A DNA stretch of 64,000 nt from Octopus sinensis (Eukaryota), in contig NC_043009.1 of NCBI RefSeq assembly GCF_006345805.1, positions 44,082,001-44,146,000 on the forward strand, in the 5' to 3' direction. Below the pieces are notes generated by a model that was not told the DNA's origin, made no database searches, and saw only the letters and a program-made list of their open reading frames with translations. The translations under genes and the position numbers were made by a program. Of the stretch, positions 40,395 through 51,621 are shown piece by piece (the stretch's first letter is position 1; each line of letters opens with the position of its first letter).

Positions 40395-41624
40395 ATGCAT
40401 GCGCGTGTGGGTATGAATGACGAGTCTGAAATTTTTGAATTATAGGGTCAGTACACCCGACAGGCTTCTTTATAGTTTCCGTCTACTCAATTTGGGTCTT
40501 TTCTGTTTGGCTGGAAATTTCAAAGTTTATTGAAATTTTCAAAATTTGGTATATTGATGTAATTTTCCACGCTGAATCTCAGGAGATGTTTCAGATCTTT
40601 ACCTTTTGACTGACAGATTTAAAAAATATCTTTTTGTAACTAAACACCGACAGAAGGTAATGGCGAACTTCTGATGACTCTTTCGCCACAACTTTCTCTA
40701 ACTCTTTCCTCCTGCAGCTCACCTGCGACGGACCGACGTCCCGTCCAGGTGGGGAACCTATACGCTAAGGAAACCGGGAAACCGGGCCTTATGAGCCAGG
40801 CATGGCTCGAGAAGGAACAAACAAATATATTATATCAAATCATTTTATATTCCATATTGCTAAAAGGCGGTGAGCTGGCAGAATCGTTAGCACGGCATTT
40901 TCTTCTGGCTTTACGTTCAGAGTTCAAATACCACTGAGGTCGACTTTGCCTTTCACCCTTTCAGGGTCAATGAAATAAATAACAGTTGAGCACTGGGGTT
41001 CATGTAATCAACTGGCACTCTCCCACGAAAATTTCAAGCTTTGAGCCTATAGTAAAGAGGATTATATTATATTTAACTAAAATACAAAATGAATATTCTA
41101 ATTTGAAAACATACACCCGGAATAGAATCAAACTAGCGTGTTATTCACATCTAACTATAGAAGGGTGGTTACTGCTTTTGGAATTCACTTTCCCTTATTT
41201 GGATTTGATTAAATGTAAATTTATCGGACGACTCATATCAATTTCATGAAATCTCTACTTCCCTGATAAGCTCATTATAAGGCCTGAAGCATGTTTACAG
41301 TTGTCTCCCTTACTGAAATAAGATAAATTAAGTCGTTGACAAATAGTTTTTGCTTGTATATATTTTCTTCCTTGCATCATTGTATCAAGTTAGTTTTTCA
41401 ATTCTGTCTACACAAATTTGAGTGTCAATTTAATTTCGTTGTTCAGACTCGCGGCCTTGGTCCTGTTTTCTTAAAGAAATTATATAAATTTGGGATATTA
41501 TGTTACCTTCATTTTTAGTATAAATGTCCTAATTAAATTCCTTCGAATGGTGTATAGATTAAGGCATGAATAAGTGATGGGACAAAACCAAAATAATTCT
41601 AAGAAATCTGGTGATGGTTTGTAC

Positions 41625-42228
41625 GAATGAAAATAGTTATACGATGAGATTTGTGGAGCTTGGATAAGTTTGTATGGTATGGGCAAGAGAAAAAAGTGAC
41701 CATTCCACGTCGTCTTTTGGTCAGAGAAGAAAGAGGTTTCTCAGGAAATTTTATCTTTAGAAGATAGCTTATATAGAATGAAAATAGTTATACGATGAGA
41801 TTTGTGGAGCTTGGATAAGTTTGTATTGTATGGGCAAGAGAAAAAAGTGACCATTCCACGTCGTCTTTTGGTCAGAGAAGAAAGAGGTTTCTCAGGATAT
41901 TTTATCTTTAGAAGATAGCTTATATAGAATGAAAATAGTTATACGATGAGATTTGTGGAGCTTGGATAAGTTTGTATGGTATGGGCAAGAGAAAAAAGTG
42001 ACCATTCCACGTCGTCTTTTGGTCAGAGAAGAAAGAGGTTTCTCAGGAAATTTTATCTTTAGAAGATAGCTTATATAGAATGAAAATAGTTATACGATGA
42101 GATTTGTGGAGCTTGGATAAGTTTGTATTGTATGGGCAAGAGAAAAAAGTGACCATTCCACGTCGTCTTTTGGTCAGAGAAGAAAGAGGTTTCTCAGGAT
42201 ATTTTATCTTTAGAAGATAGCTTATATA
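41625..42228. repeat. Tandem repeat, 4 x 151 bp, ABAB variant pattern
   Basis: gaatgaaaatagttat starts at 41625, 41776, 41927 and 42078; two diagnostic SNPs alternate between copies. Confidence 0.95.
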
Positions 42229-43246
42229 AATGAATGGAATCCAGCGAGACCGCTATTAAAATCAGAAATAAGCTTTGATCGTTTATAAGGTATTTCGCTT
42301 GATTGAGATTTTGTTAGCCACTATGGGAATTTTTTTATTTCTTGATTATTTTCTTAGCCAAGAGGTAAAACAATACTCTCTGCAGGGCCTCCGAAACGGG
42401 TAGGAAGGAAACAGGAAGGTATCCACAAACGAGAGACCTGAGCTGAATGTTTTCAATAGAGTGACCTCTTCTAAAGGCACTCGAGGATGAGATGATGATA
42501 TTAAACCTAGCGACGGACTGAATCGATCGCTCAAGTAGGTCACATTAGGATTTGAATTCAGAATGCAAACAGCCAAAGCAAATATAAGACAGCTTGTCAG
42601 ACGATTCGAAGCCCTGGATTCATACTTAATTTATTGACCCAGGAAGGATGAAAACCGAAGTTGACCAAGGCAGGATTTGAACTCCGATTGTTTAGTGAAT
42701 CTGCTAATTCGCAACCTCACTAAATAATGTAAAAAGGATATATTTAAATGGACCATGAATCATTTTCAGCTCAGCACAGAACGTTAACATTTTTTTCTAA
42801 GGTTCTAATATCATACAGACCAAATTCTTCGCTGTCTTCAATTTTGTAATCTCAAAATTTTAAGTTGAAAGACTTCAAGACCTTTCCATCACTATGTGGT
42901 ACATAAAGTATATATTGTGTAATTAATGACCAGCAAAATCACAATTATGCAAATTTGGCTAACTACTAATGCATTAGCCCCATATATATATATATATATA
43001 TATATAAACATTTACATATATGTGTGTGCGAGTGTGTGTGTGTGCGTGTGTTTGTATGTATGTGTGTGTGTGTGTGTGTATATACACACACACACACACA
43101 ATGCACGCACACAGACATATGTATGTGCTGTGTGGTAAGAAGCTTGCTTCCCAACCACATGGTTCCAAGTTCAGTTCCACTGCGTAGCACCTTGGGCGGG
43201 TATCTTCTACTATAAGCATCGGGCCGAACAAAGCCTTATGAGTGTA

Positions 43247-43299
<53 letters not shown>

Positions 43300-43303
<4 letters not shown>

Positions 43304-43430
43304 CACCATTTCTCTTGTCACTCCACCTATGCTTCTTTCTTCCTTTTCTTCTGACGAAAGACTGACGTCCGAAACGTTAGGGCTTACTCTTTCGCCATTG
43401 AAACACTAAACTGATACCATTTTTGTCAAA
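43300..43430 (+). mobile_element. Penelope-like fragment with degenerate hammerhead
   Basis: CTGACGA-aa-gac-tgac-gtc-c-GAAA-cgtt at 43351-43378, next to (TA)n. Confidence 0.5.
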
Positions 43431-43907
43431 TTCTATATACATACATACATGTGTGTATATACGCGTATGTCTTTATATCTGTTTTTGCCCTCTGCCACTG
43501 CTTAACAACCAATGTTGGTGTGTTTACTTCCTCATCAGATTGCGATTTGGCAAAAGAAACCGATAGACTAAGTACCAGACTTTAAAAAAAAATACATAAG
43601 TACTGATGTCGATTTGTTCGACTAGAATTTTTCAAGACGGTGCCCCAGCATAGCCACAGTCTAATGACTGAAACAAGTATAAAAAAAGGAAAAGGTAAAC
43701 GTTTCAACAGTAAGCACACAATGTGCAACAGTCTAAACAATAATCAGGGCAGGAGTAAGACCCATCGAGGCCCCAAGCACTTAAAAGATTTTGGTGCCCT
43801 CATAAAAGATTATGTAATTCAAAATACAAACAATAACAAACTATATGAATTTTTATTCTTCAAAACGAAACGAAACAGTAAGAGGGAAAATAATGCTCAT
43901 TTTTGTA

Positions 43908-44530
43908 TACTCTTTACTCTCTTTTACTTGTTTCTGTCATTTGACTGTGGCCATGCTCGAGCACCGCCTTTAGTCGAGCAAATCGACCCCAGGACTTATT
44001 CTTTGTAAGCCTAGTACTTATTCTATCGGCCTCTTTTGCCGAACTGCTAACTTACGGGGATGTAAACGCACCAACATCGGTTGTCAAGCGATGTTTGGGG
44101 GGGGGGGAACAAACACAGACACACAAACGTATACACACACACATACATATATGTGACCTCGTGTGTACCGTTGGCGATTTTTTTTCCTCTGTCTTACCTT
44201 CTCTGGATCTTTCCTTCTATGTTTCCGACGAAGAGCTCCGCTCGAAACGTTAAACCCTCCTTTCCTGAGCGTCCAATAATACTATAGTTTTTCCACGTCC
44301 TCGCGTTGTTGTGTTTTTTTTTTTGTGCTTTCTTGTTTGGATTAACTATATATATATATACATATACGACGGGCTTCTTTCAGCTTCCGTCTACCAAATC
44401 CATTCACGAGGCTTTGGTCGGCCCGAGGCTATAGTAGAAGACACTTTGCCCAAGGTGCCATGCACTTGGACTGAACCCGGAATCATGTGGTTCGTAAGCA
44501 AGCTACTTGCCACACAGCCACTCCTACGCC
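43908..44530 (-). mobile_element. SINE family A inserted in hAT element, itself carrying a Penelope-like fragment
   Basis: Family A halves lie either side of 44150-44348. Confidence 0.85.
44150..44348 (+). mobile_element. Penelope-like terminal fragment with degenerate hammerhead, inserted in the (TA)n tract of a SINE
   Basis: gttt-CCGACGA-a-GAGC-tcc-GCTC-GAAA-cgtt-aaac at 44221-44255; (TA)n on both flanks. Confidence 0.6.
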
Positions 44531-45253
44531 AACTTTATTTATGTTTGAAAAATTTCCTCCCACCTTTTTGAATTGCAAAGTCTTTGATCAGATCCTCAAA
44601 ATTAATCTTAGGTAACACATCTGCATCTATACTTAGCAGAGATAAAGGCATCCGGAATATTATTTTAGCAAGTTTAAAGTGATTTCTTTTGTGCCGTAAA
44701 CCATTTACTGTTTCTGTGGTTCCCCCTCTTTCTCTTGATGCCCTAAGCACGTGCTTGTTTTGCTTAATGGTTAATCCAGCGCTAACAATAATAATAAGTG
44801 AATGAAAGAAAAAACGGTAAAAACCTTGACTAGATGACGACATCATTACAACATGCATGACTTTGTTAACGTCAAACCAATGACCGTGTTAAATATGGGA
44901 TGTATTTTTTTCAGTCTCCTTATGCGATGTGTAGAATTCGTTGATGATAAAAAATAAGGTTGGCATACGTTGCCTCTTATCTTTTTTTCATAATCTGCGA
45001 CCGTGTTGGAGCAATGTCTTGAAGAATATTTAGTCGAATGAATGAATCGACCCCAGGTCTATTTTTTTTTAGCCTTGTAGTTATTCTATCGGACACTTTT
45101 GCTGAACTGCTAAGTTACAGGGTTATAAACACACCAGCATCGGTTGTCAAGTGGTGAGGGGGAACAAACACACACACACACACACACACATACACACACA
45201 CACACAACACACACATACACACACACACACACACACACCACACACACACACAC

Positions 45254-45344
<91 letters not shown>

Positions 45345-45348
<4 letters not shown>

Positions 45349-45574
45349 CGGTGAGCTGGCAGAAACGTTAGCACGCCGGGCGAAATGCGTTGCCGTATTT
45401 CGTCTGCCGTTACGTTTTCTGAGTCCAAATTCCGTCGAGGTCGACTTTGCCTTTCATCCTTTCGGGGTCGATAAATAAAGTACCAGTTACGCACTGGGGT
45501 CGATGTAATCGACTTAATCCCTTTGTCTGTCCTTGTTTGTCCCCTCTATGTTTAGCCCCTTGTGGGCAGTAAAG

Positions 45575-45578
<4 letters not shown>
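45345..45578 (+). mobile_element. SINE family B in (TA)n
   Basis: Matches the other family B copies. Confidence 0.9.
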
Positions 45579-45629
<51 letters not shown>

Positions 45630-45835
45630 GTGAAATAGAAAGATGAATAATCTTGTTGTAGATTAATCAAAAGTTAACCGATACCTTAGTAGCAAAAATC
45701 ACAGCAGTAAACAGCACGGTTGGAGGTACAACCATCTGGCGTGCAACCGTGCGTTGGTGCGGATAATTGAAATTAAAACATTATTGGTGAATTGAAGAAA
45801 TGGAGCTGAACGCAGATTGAACAGAAATCGTTTTA

Positions 45836-45925
45836 TTTCATTCTACACGTGTTTCGAAAGGCACAAATTACCAAAATCCGATTGAATAATGGGACCATAT
45901 TGTGTCTTTCTCTTCAGGAAGAAAA
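45836..45925 (-). ncRNA. Mirror copy of the hammerhead ribozyme
   Basis: Reverse-complement copy in the left arm of the palindrome. Confidence 0.8.
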
Positions 45926-46104
45926 AAGGAAATCCGTTAGAGAAACAAAAACAGAACAGAGGCGGAGCAAAAACCAAATCGAACTATGCTCCTAAGAGCC
46001 CATGGCTCTTAGGAGCATAGTTCGCCATGGGCTCTTAGGAGCATAGTTCGATTTGGTTTTTGCTCCGCCTCTGTTCTGTTTTTGTTTCTCTAACGGATTT
46101 CCTT

Positions 46105-46194
46105 TTTTCTTCCTGAAGAGAAAGACACAATATGGTCCCATTATTCAATCGGATTTTGGTAATTTGTGCCTTTCGAAACACGTGTAGAATGAAA
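46105..46194 (+). ncRNA. Type I minimal hammerhead ribozyme
   Basis: CTGAAGA 46113-46119; stem II 46120-46130/46164-46174 (10 of 11 pairs); GAAA 46175-46178; stem III C-G closing an ACGT loop; GUA cleavage triplet ending 46186; stem I ttttCttc/gaaTgaaa. Confidence 0.8.
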
Positions 46195-46242
46195 TAAAAC
46201 GATTTCTGTTCAATCTGCGTTCAGCTCCATTTCTTCAATTCA

Positions 46243-46282
<40 letters not shown>

Positions 46283-46368
46283 AGAGTAAACAAGAGAGAT
46301 AGAGACAGGCAGAAACAAGGAAAATGCCACTTGTATTTGAACTCTATGCAAATATTCTTTTATTATAT

Positions 46369-46552
46369 AGGCACAGATGCGGCTGTGTGGTAAGTAGCTT
46401 GCTTACCAACTGGTTCAGGTTTAATTCCCACCGCGTGGCACCATGGGCATGTGGCTTCTACTATAGCCTCGGGCCGACCAAAGCCTTGTGAGTGGATTTG
46501 GTAGACGGAAACTGAAAGAAGCCCGTCGTGTATGTATGTATGTATGTATGTA

Positions 46553-46594
<42 letters not shown>

Positions 46595-46770
46595 TGTGTT
46601 TGACCCCCAGCATCGCTTGACAACCGATGGTAACTTCGCGGTTCGGCAAAAAGAGACCAAAAGAATAAGTACTCGGCTTACAAATAATAAGTCATGCGGG
46701 CGATTTGCTCTTCTAAAGGCAGTGCTCCAGCATGGCCGCAGTTAAATGACTGAAACAAGTAAAAGAGTAA
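46369..46770 (+). mobile_element. SINE family A
   Basis: Matches the other family A copies. Confidence 0.8.
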
Positions 46771-47546
46771 ATGAGATACGTGTTATAATATGTGTAATTA
46801 TTAAATTATTTTGAAATATAAAAAAAAACATGCAAGGAACATAACTCTGTGTGACCTGTAAAGGTTATTTCCCTTTAACCGGCCACTTTTTTCTTTTATT
46901 ATATAGCGACTTATTTTGAACGAGAACAAAAAAAAACATTTTTGCGAGATAGGGAGCTCACGTGGTTTTGGAAGTAAGAATCTATATGAAAATGAATACC
47001 TGTTGTTTGGAAGAGCTATAGTCAGCAGTGCAACAAACGTGACCATCACGCCTTTTCCTCCGGCACTCGAAGCCCAACGTGTCGTTTCTTAAATGTTAGG
47101 GTGTGTGATTCGAGGTAGATTTGACTACTATTTCTGCCAAGTCGATCATTCACGTAGAGGTTCCCAAATTCTTGTTTTATATGAAGAACACCATGTTCGA
47201 ATCTTGTTGGCATTTTAGACTAAAGTCAGAAATTTAATCTTATATAGAATTATTCCCTATACCAGAGCTAAGTTCACCGTAGCAATAACAAATACAACAG
47301 AAATATATGCTCATCACCATCGTCCTTTTAACGTCTATTTTTACTTGCTTGCATGGGTCAGACGGAGTTTATTGAGGCAGATTTTCTATCACTGGATACT
47401 CTTCCTGTTGCTAACCCCTCATCTATTTCCAGGCAACATGATCAGACATGTTAGTGCAGTATATCAGAAATAAATGAATGACATTGCTTCTAACGCAGTG
47501 ACAATCATTTACAACTATCATACGATGTCAAGACAAGGAGACACAA

Positions 47547-47585
<39 letters not shown>

Positions 47586-47602
47586 ACTTCTTTCAGTTTC
47601 TT

Positions 47603-48000
47603 ATTTCTTTACTGCCCACAAGGGGCTACACACAGACGGGACAAACAAGGACAGACAAACGGATCAAGTCGATTATATCGACCCCAGTGCGTAACTGGTA
47701 CTTATTTAATCGACCCCGAAAGGATGAAAGGCAAAGTTGACCTCGGTGGAATTTGAACTCATACAAAATACCTATTTCTTTTTAAACCCACAAGGGGCTA
47801 AACCCAGAGGGGACAAACAAGGACAGACATAGGTATTAAGTCGATTACATCGACCCCAGTGCGTAACTGGTACTTAATTTATCGACCCCGAAAGGATGAA
47901 AGGCAAAGTCGACCTCGGCGGAATTTGAACTCACAACGTAACAGCAGACAAAATACCACTAAGCATTTCACCCGGCGTGCTAACGTTTCTGCCAGCTCAC
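47603..48000 (-). mobile_element. SINE family B dimer
   Basis: Two head-to-tail units. Confidence 0.85.
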
Positions 48001-48660
48001 GGTTTTTTCTTTTTTTTTTTTTTTGTAGAGCAAAGTTAGGAAGGTCGAACATAACAGAACTGAAAGACTTCTTTCTGTTTCCGTCTACCAAATCCACTCA
48101 CAAGGCTTTGGTCAGTCCAAAGCTATAGTAGAAGACACTTATCCAGGATGCCATGCAGTGGAACTGAACCCAGAACCATGTGGTTGGGAAGCAAACAGCT
48201 TACCATGCAGCCATACTTATTGTACATTGTACTCATATATTGTTCAGTTTTACTCTTGATACTGGTTTCACATTTTGGCACCAAGACCAGTAATTTTAGG
48301 GTTAAGGAGTAAGTTGATTACATCAACGCAGTACTCAACTGGTACTTATTTTATCAACTCTGAAAAGATCAAAGGTAAAGTCGACCTCGGTGGAATTTGA
48401 ACTCAGAACATAAAGACAGACAAGATGTTGCTAAGCATTTTGCCCAGCATGCTAATGATTCTGCCAGCACGCTGCCTTAGTTTTATTCTTAACCCTTTCC
48501 TTACCAAACTGACTCTGGCTCTGAGTACAAATGTCTTGTTTTCACAAGTTTTGAATTGAAATCTTCCACTGAACTTAAGTCATAATTTATGTTCCTAACA
48601 CTAACTGAATGATAACTAAGTTATTTTACTAAATTCTTTGTTATGTTTAAAGTAATTGAA

Positions 48661-49054
48661 GGCGTGGCTGTGTGGTAAGAGACTTGCCGCCCAACCACAT
48701 GGTTCTGGGTTCAGTCCCACTGTGTGGCACATTGGACAAGTGTCTTCTACTATAGCCTTGACCAAAGCCTTGTGAGTGGATTTTGTAGATGGAAACTGAA
48801 AGAAGCCCATCGAGTGTGTGTGTGTGTGTATTTATGCATATGTGTCCTTGTGTCTGTGTTTGTCCCCACCACCAACATTGCTTGACAACCAATGGTGTGT
48901 TTATGTTCCTGTAGCTTCAATAAGAGAGACCGATAGAATAAGTGCTAGGCTTACAAAGAATAAGTCCTGTGGCCGATTTCTTTGACTACAAATAACCCTT
49001 TCAGGCAGTGTTCCAGCATGGCTGCAGTCAAATGACTGAAACATGAATAAAAGA

Positions 49055-49105
<51 letters not shown>

Positions 49106-49520
49106 CATATATGTATGTATGTATGTAAGTATATCTATATTTACATACATACATATAGCTTGTCTACCAATCACATGGCTCCGGGTTCAGTCCCACTGCG
49201 TGGCATCTTGGGCAAGTGTCTTCTGCTATAGCCCCGGGCCGACCAATGCCTTGTGAGTGGATTTGATAGACAGAAACTGAAAGAAGCCTGTCGTATATAT
49301 GTATATATATATGTGTGTGTGTGTCTGTGTTTGTCCCCTAGCATTGCTTGACAACCGATGCTGGTGTGTTTACGTCCCCGTCACTTAGCGGTTCGGCAAA
49401 AAGAGACCGATAGAATAAGTACTGGAATTACAAAGAATAAGTCCCGGGGTCGATTTGCTCGACTAAAGGCGGTGCTCCAGCATGGCCGCAGTCAAATGAC
49501 TGAAGCAAGTAAAAGAGTAT
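48661..49520 (+). mobile_element. Two consecutive SINE family A copies (48661-49050, 49157-49520)
   Basis: Matches the other family A copies. Confidence 0.8.
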
Positions 49521-49711
49521 ATATATATACACACACGACAAGCTTCCATACAATATACATCTACCAAATTTCACTCACAAGGCGTTTGTGGATTGACTTG
49601 AGGCTACAGTAGAAGACACTGGCTCGTGGTACCATGCAGAAGAAAAGAACCTAAAAACCACATGGTTGTGAAGCATGCTCCCTAACCACATAGCCATACC
49701 TAACAGAATAT

Positions 49712-50809
49712 TTAACCCATTTGTTACCCTTTTTCTGATCAAATACACCAACTTTGTTTCAATCAGTTTTAAAAATGAATGGAAAATTTGCACAAATAAC
49801 ATCCATTTTTGGGACATAAATTAAACTGAAATTTTGGTGGAAGGTTTTAACTTATATAAATTTAAAACCAGGGGTTTGATCATAGAACAAGTTGCATCTT
49901 CAGGCAGGCTGGTATCAAAAGGGTTTGATCATAGAACAAGGGGTAGCTTCAGGCACGCTGGTATCAAAAGGGTTTGATCATAGAACAAGGGGCAGCTTCA
50001 GGCAGGCAATTATCAAAAGGGTTTGATCATAGAACAAGGGGTAGCTTCAGGCACGCTGGTATCAAAAGGGTTTGATCATAGAACAAGGGGCAGCTTCAGG
50101 CAGGCAATTATCAAAAGGGTTTGATCATAGAACAAGGGGTAGCTTCAGGCACGCTGGTATCAAAAGGGTTTGATCATAGAACAAGGGGCAGCTTCAGGCA
50201 GGCAATTATCAAAAGGGTTTGATCATAGAACAAGGGGTAGCTTCAGGCACGCTGGTATCAAAAGGGTTTGATCATAGAACAGGGGGCAGCTTCAGGCACG
50301 CTGGTATCAAAAGGGTTTGATCATAGAACAAGGGGTAGCTTCAGGCAGGCTGGTATCAAAAGGGTTTGATCATAGAACAAGGGGCAGCTTCAGGCACGCT
50401 GGTATTAAAAGGGTTTGATCATAGACCAAGGGGCAGCTTCAGGCAGCTGGTATCAAAAGGGTTTGATCATAGAACAAGGGGTAGCTTCAGGCACGCTGGT
50501 ATCAAAAGGGTTTGATCATAGAACAAGGGGCAGCTTCAGGCAGGCTGGTATCAAAAGGGTTTGATCATAGAACAAGGGGCAGCTTCAGGCACGCTGGTAT
50601 CAAAAGGGTTTGATCATAGAACAAGGGGCAGCTTCAGGCAGGCTGGTATCAAAAGGGTTTGATCATAGAACAAGGGGCAGCTTCAGGCAGGCTGGTATCA
50701 AAAGGGTTTGATCATAGAACAAGAGGTAGCTTCAGGCAGGCTGGTATCAAAAGGGTTTGATCATAGAACAAAGGGCAGCTTCAGGCAGGCTGGTGTCAAA
50801 AGGGTTTAA
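49712..50809. mobile_element. piggyBac-like MITE whose right end is tandemly amplified
   Basis: Left end TTAA-cccatttgttacc; right end ggtgtcaaaaggg-tTTAA; ~13-bp imperfect TIR with the TTAA/CCC signature. Related fragments at ~48489-48660 and ~21270-21430. Confidence 0.6.
49872..50806. repeat. Minisatellite, 19 x 49 bp (gggtttgatcatagaacaaggggcagcttcaggcaggctggtatcaaaa)
   Basis: Unit starts at 49872, 49921, 49970 ... 50753; total 930 = 19x49-1 (one unit has a 1-bp deletion). Confidence 0.95.
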
Positions 50810-50891
50810 ACATAGACACAAATAAAACACATGCACACACACATACATATACACACAGAAACACATAATAACAAATACATTTTTTAAGATA

Positions 50892-50897
50892 TTTATT
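50892..50897 (-). other. Candidate AATAAA polyadenylation signal of ALKBH8
   Basis: tttatt on + strand, about 75 nt downstream of the minus-strand stop codon. Confidence 0.45.
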
Positions 50898-50971
50898 CAT
50901 ATATGCTGAATGATTTCATAATGATGACATGTTTAATGACACGGGTTAAGAAAATTATATCACCATAGCGC

Positions 50972-51543
50972 TTATGTCAACAAGAGTGACTTCTTTAAAA
51001 CAACACACCAGTTGCCTTCATCATAATAATACTGTAATATGTCCACATTATCGATATTCTGGCACAGGTCAACCAGTTCACCATCTTGGAAAACATGGTA
51101 ATATCGGTAAAGAACACTATCATTGCAACTATCAGCTTTGGCTGAGGTTTTCTTCACTTTCTTTGTCCAGGGCAACAAAAGATCTTGTTGTTTGAAGCTG
51201 GTACGATTGACATGAACAGCAAGTTTTAAAGGTTCTTCAGCAGATTCATTGTTATCAGAATTGGCAGTTTTACTATTTGTTGGGGCCGGTTTGGTTTGGT
51301 GTTACCAATGTCTTCTTTGAGTTTGATGTCAGCTATTTCTGGAAGGTCGCTGTCACATTGTGAGGTATTGTTAACATTGAGTAATACGGACAGATTGTCC
51401 TTTTGGCTTGGTTTTGACTTTTTCCGAATGTACTTAGATTCTTGGTTGTCTATCTCTTGTTCCATTGCCCACACTTGAATTAGAGCCTTGCCTCCGGGAC
51501 AGAGCAGCCTGACCAGTTCTTTCACAGCCTGAAGACGACGTTG
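50972..51543 (-). CDS. ALKBH8: ALKBH8 terminal coding exon ([30 protein letters not shown]...[19 protein letters not shown]...[12 protein letters not shown]...[18 protein letters not shown]) with an apparent 1-bp deletion
   Basis: ttttatcAG acceptor; TAA stop at 50974-50972. [20 protein letters not shown] and YYD.GNWCV.L.K fit ALKBH8 better than TRMT9B (from recalled sequences). Length 572 nt is 2 mod 3 and the two halves are in different frames. Confidence 0.92.
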
Positions 51544-51579
51544 CTGATAAAAAGAACGAAAGAAGGAAAAACAAATAAT

Positions 51580-51619
<40 letters not shown>

Positions 51620-51621
<2 letters not shown>

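Larger units (their letters stand above)
43745..44700 (-). mobile_element. 3' part of a hAT element (dimerisation-domain remnant plus TIR), interrupted by a SINE
   Basis: LSLLSIDADVLPKINFEDLIKDFAIQKGGRK at ~44535-44690; hAT-type terminus cagggcaggagtaagacc at 43745. Confidence 0.7.
45625..46248. mobile_element. Penelope-like retroelement terminus (pseudo-LTR) with inverted copy, within (TA)n
   Basis: Hammerhead motif followed by aataaa, inverted duplication, and (TA)n on both flanks; this combination is typical of Penelope-like elements. Confidence 0.7.
45782..46248. repeat. Perfect inverted repeat, 225-bp arms with 17-bp spacer
   Basis: 45782-46006 is the reverse complement of 46024-46248; I found no mismatch by eye. 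Confidence 0.95.

Noticed and set aside
49872-50806. CRISPR-like regular array
   Set aside because: Units are contiguous with no unique spacers, the context is eukaryotic, and there are no cas genes.
51270-51300. Programmed -1 frameshifting in ALKBH8
   Set aside because: No canonical slippery heptamer or evident stimulatory structure; a sequencing indel is simpler.
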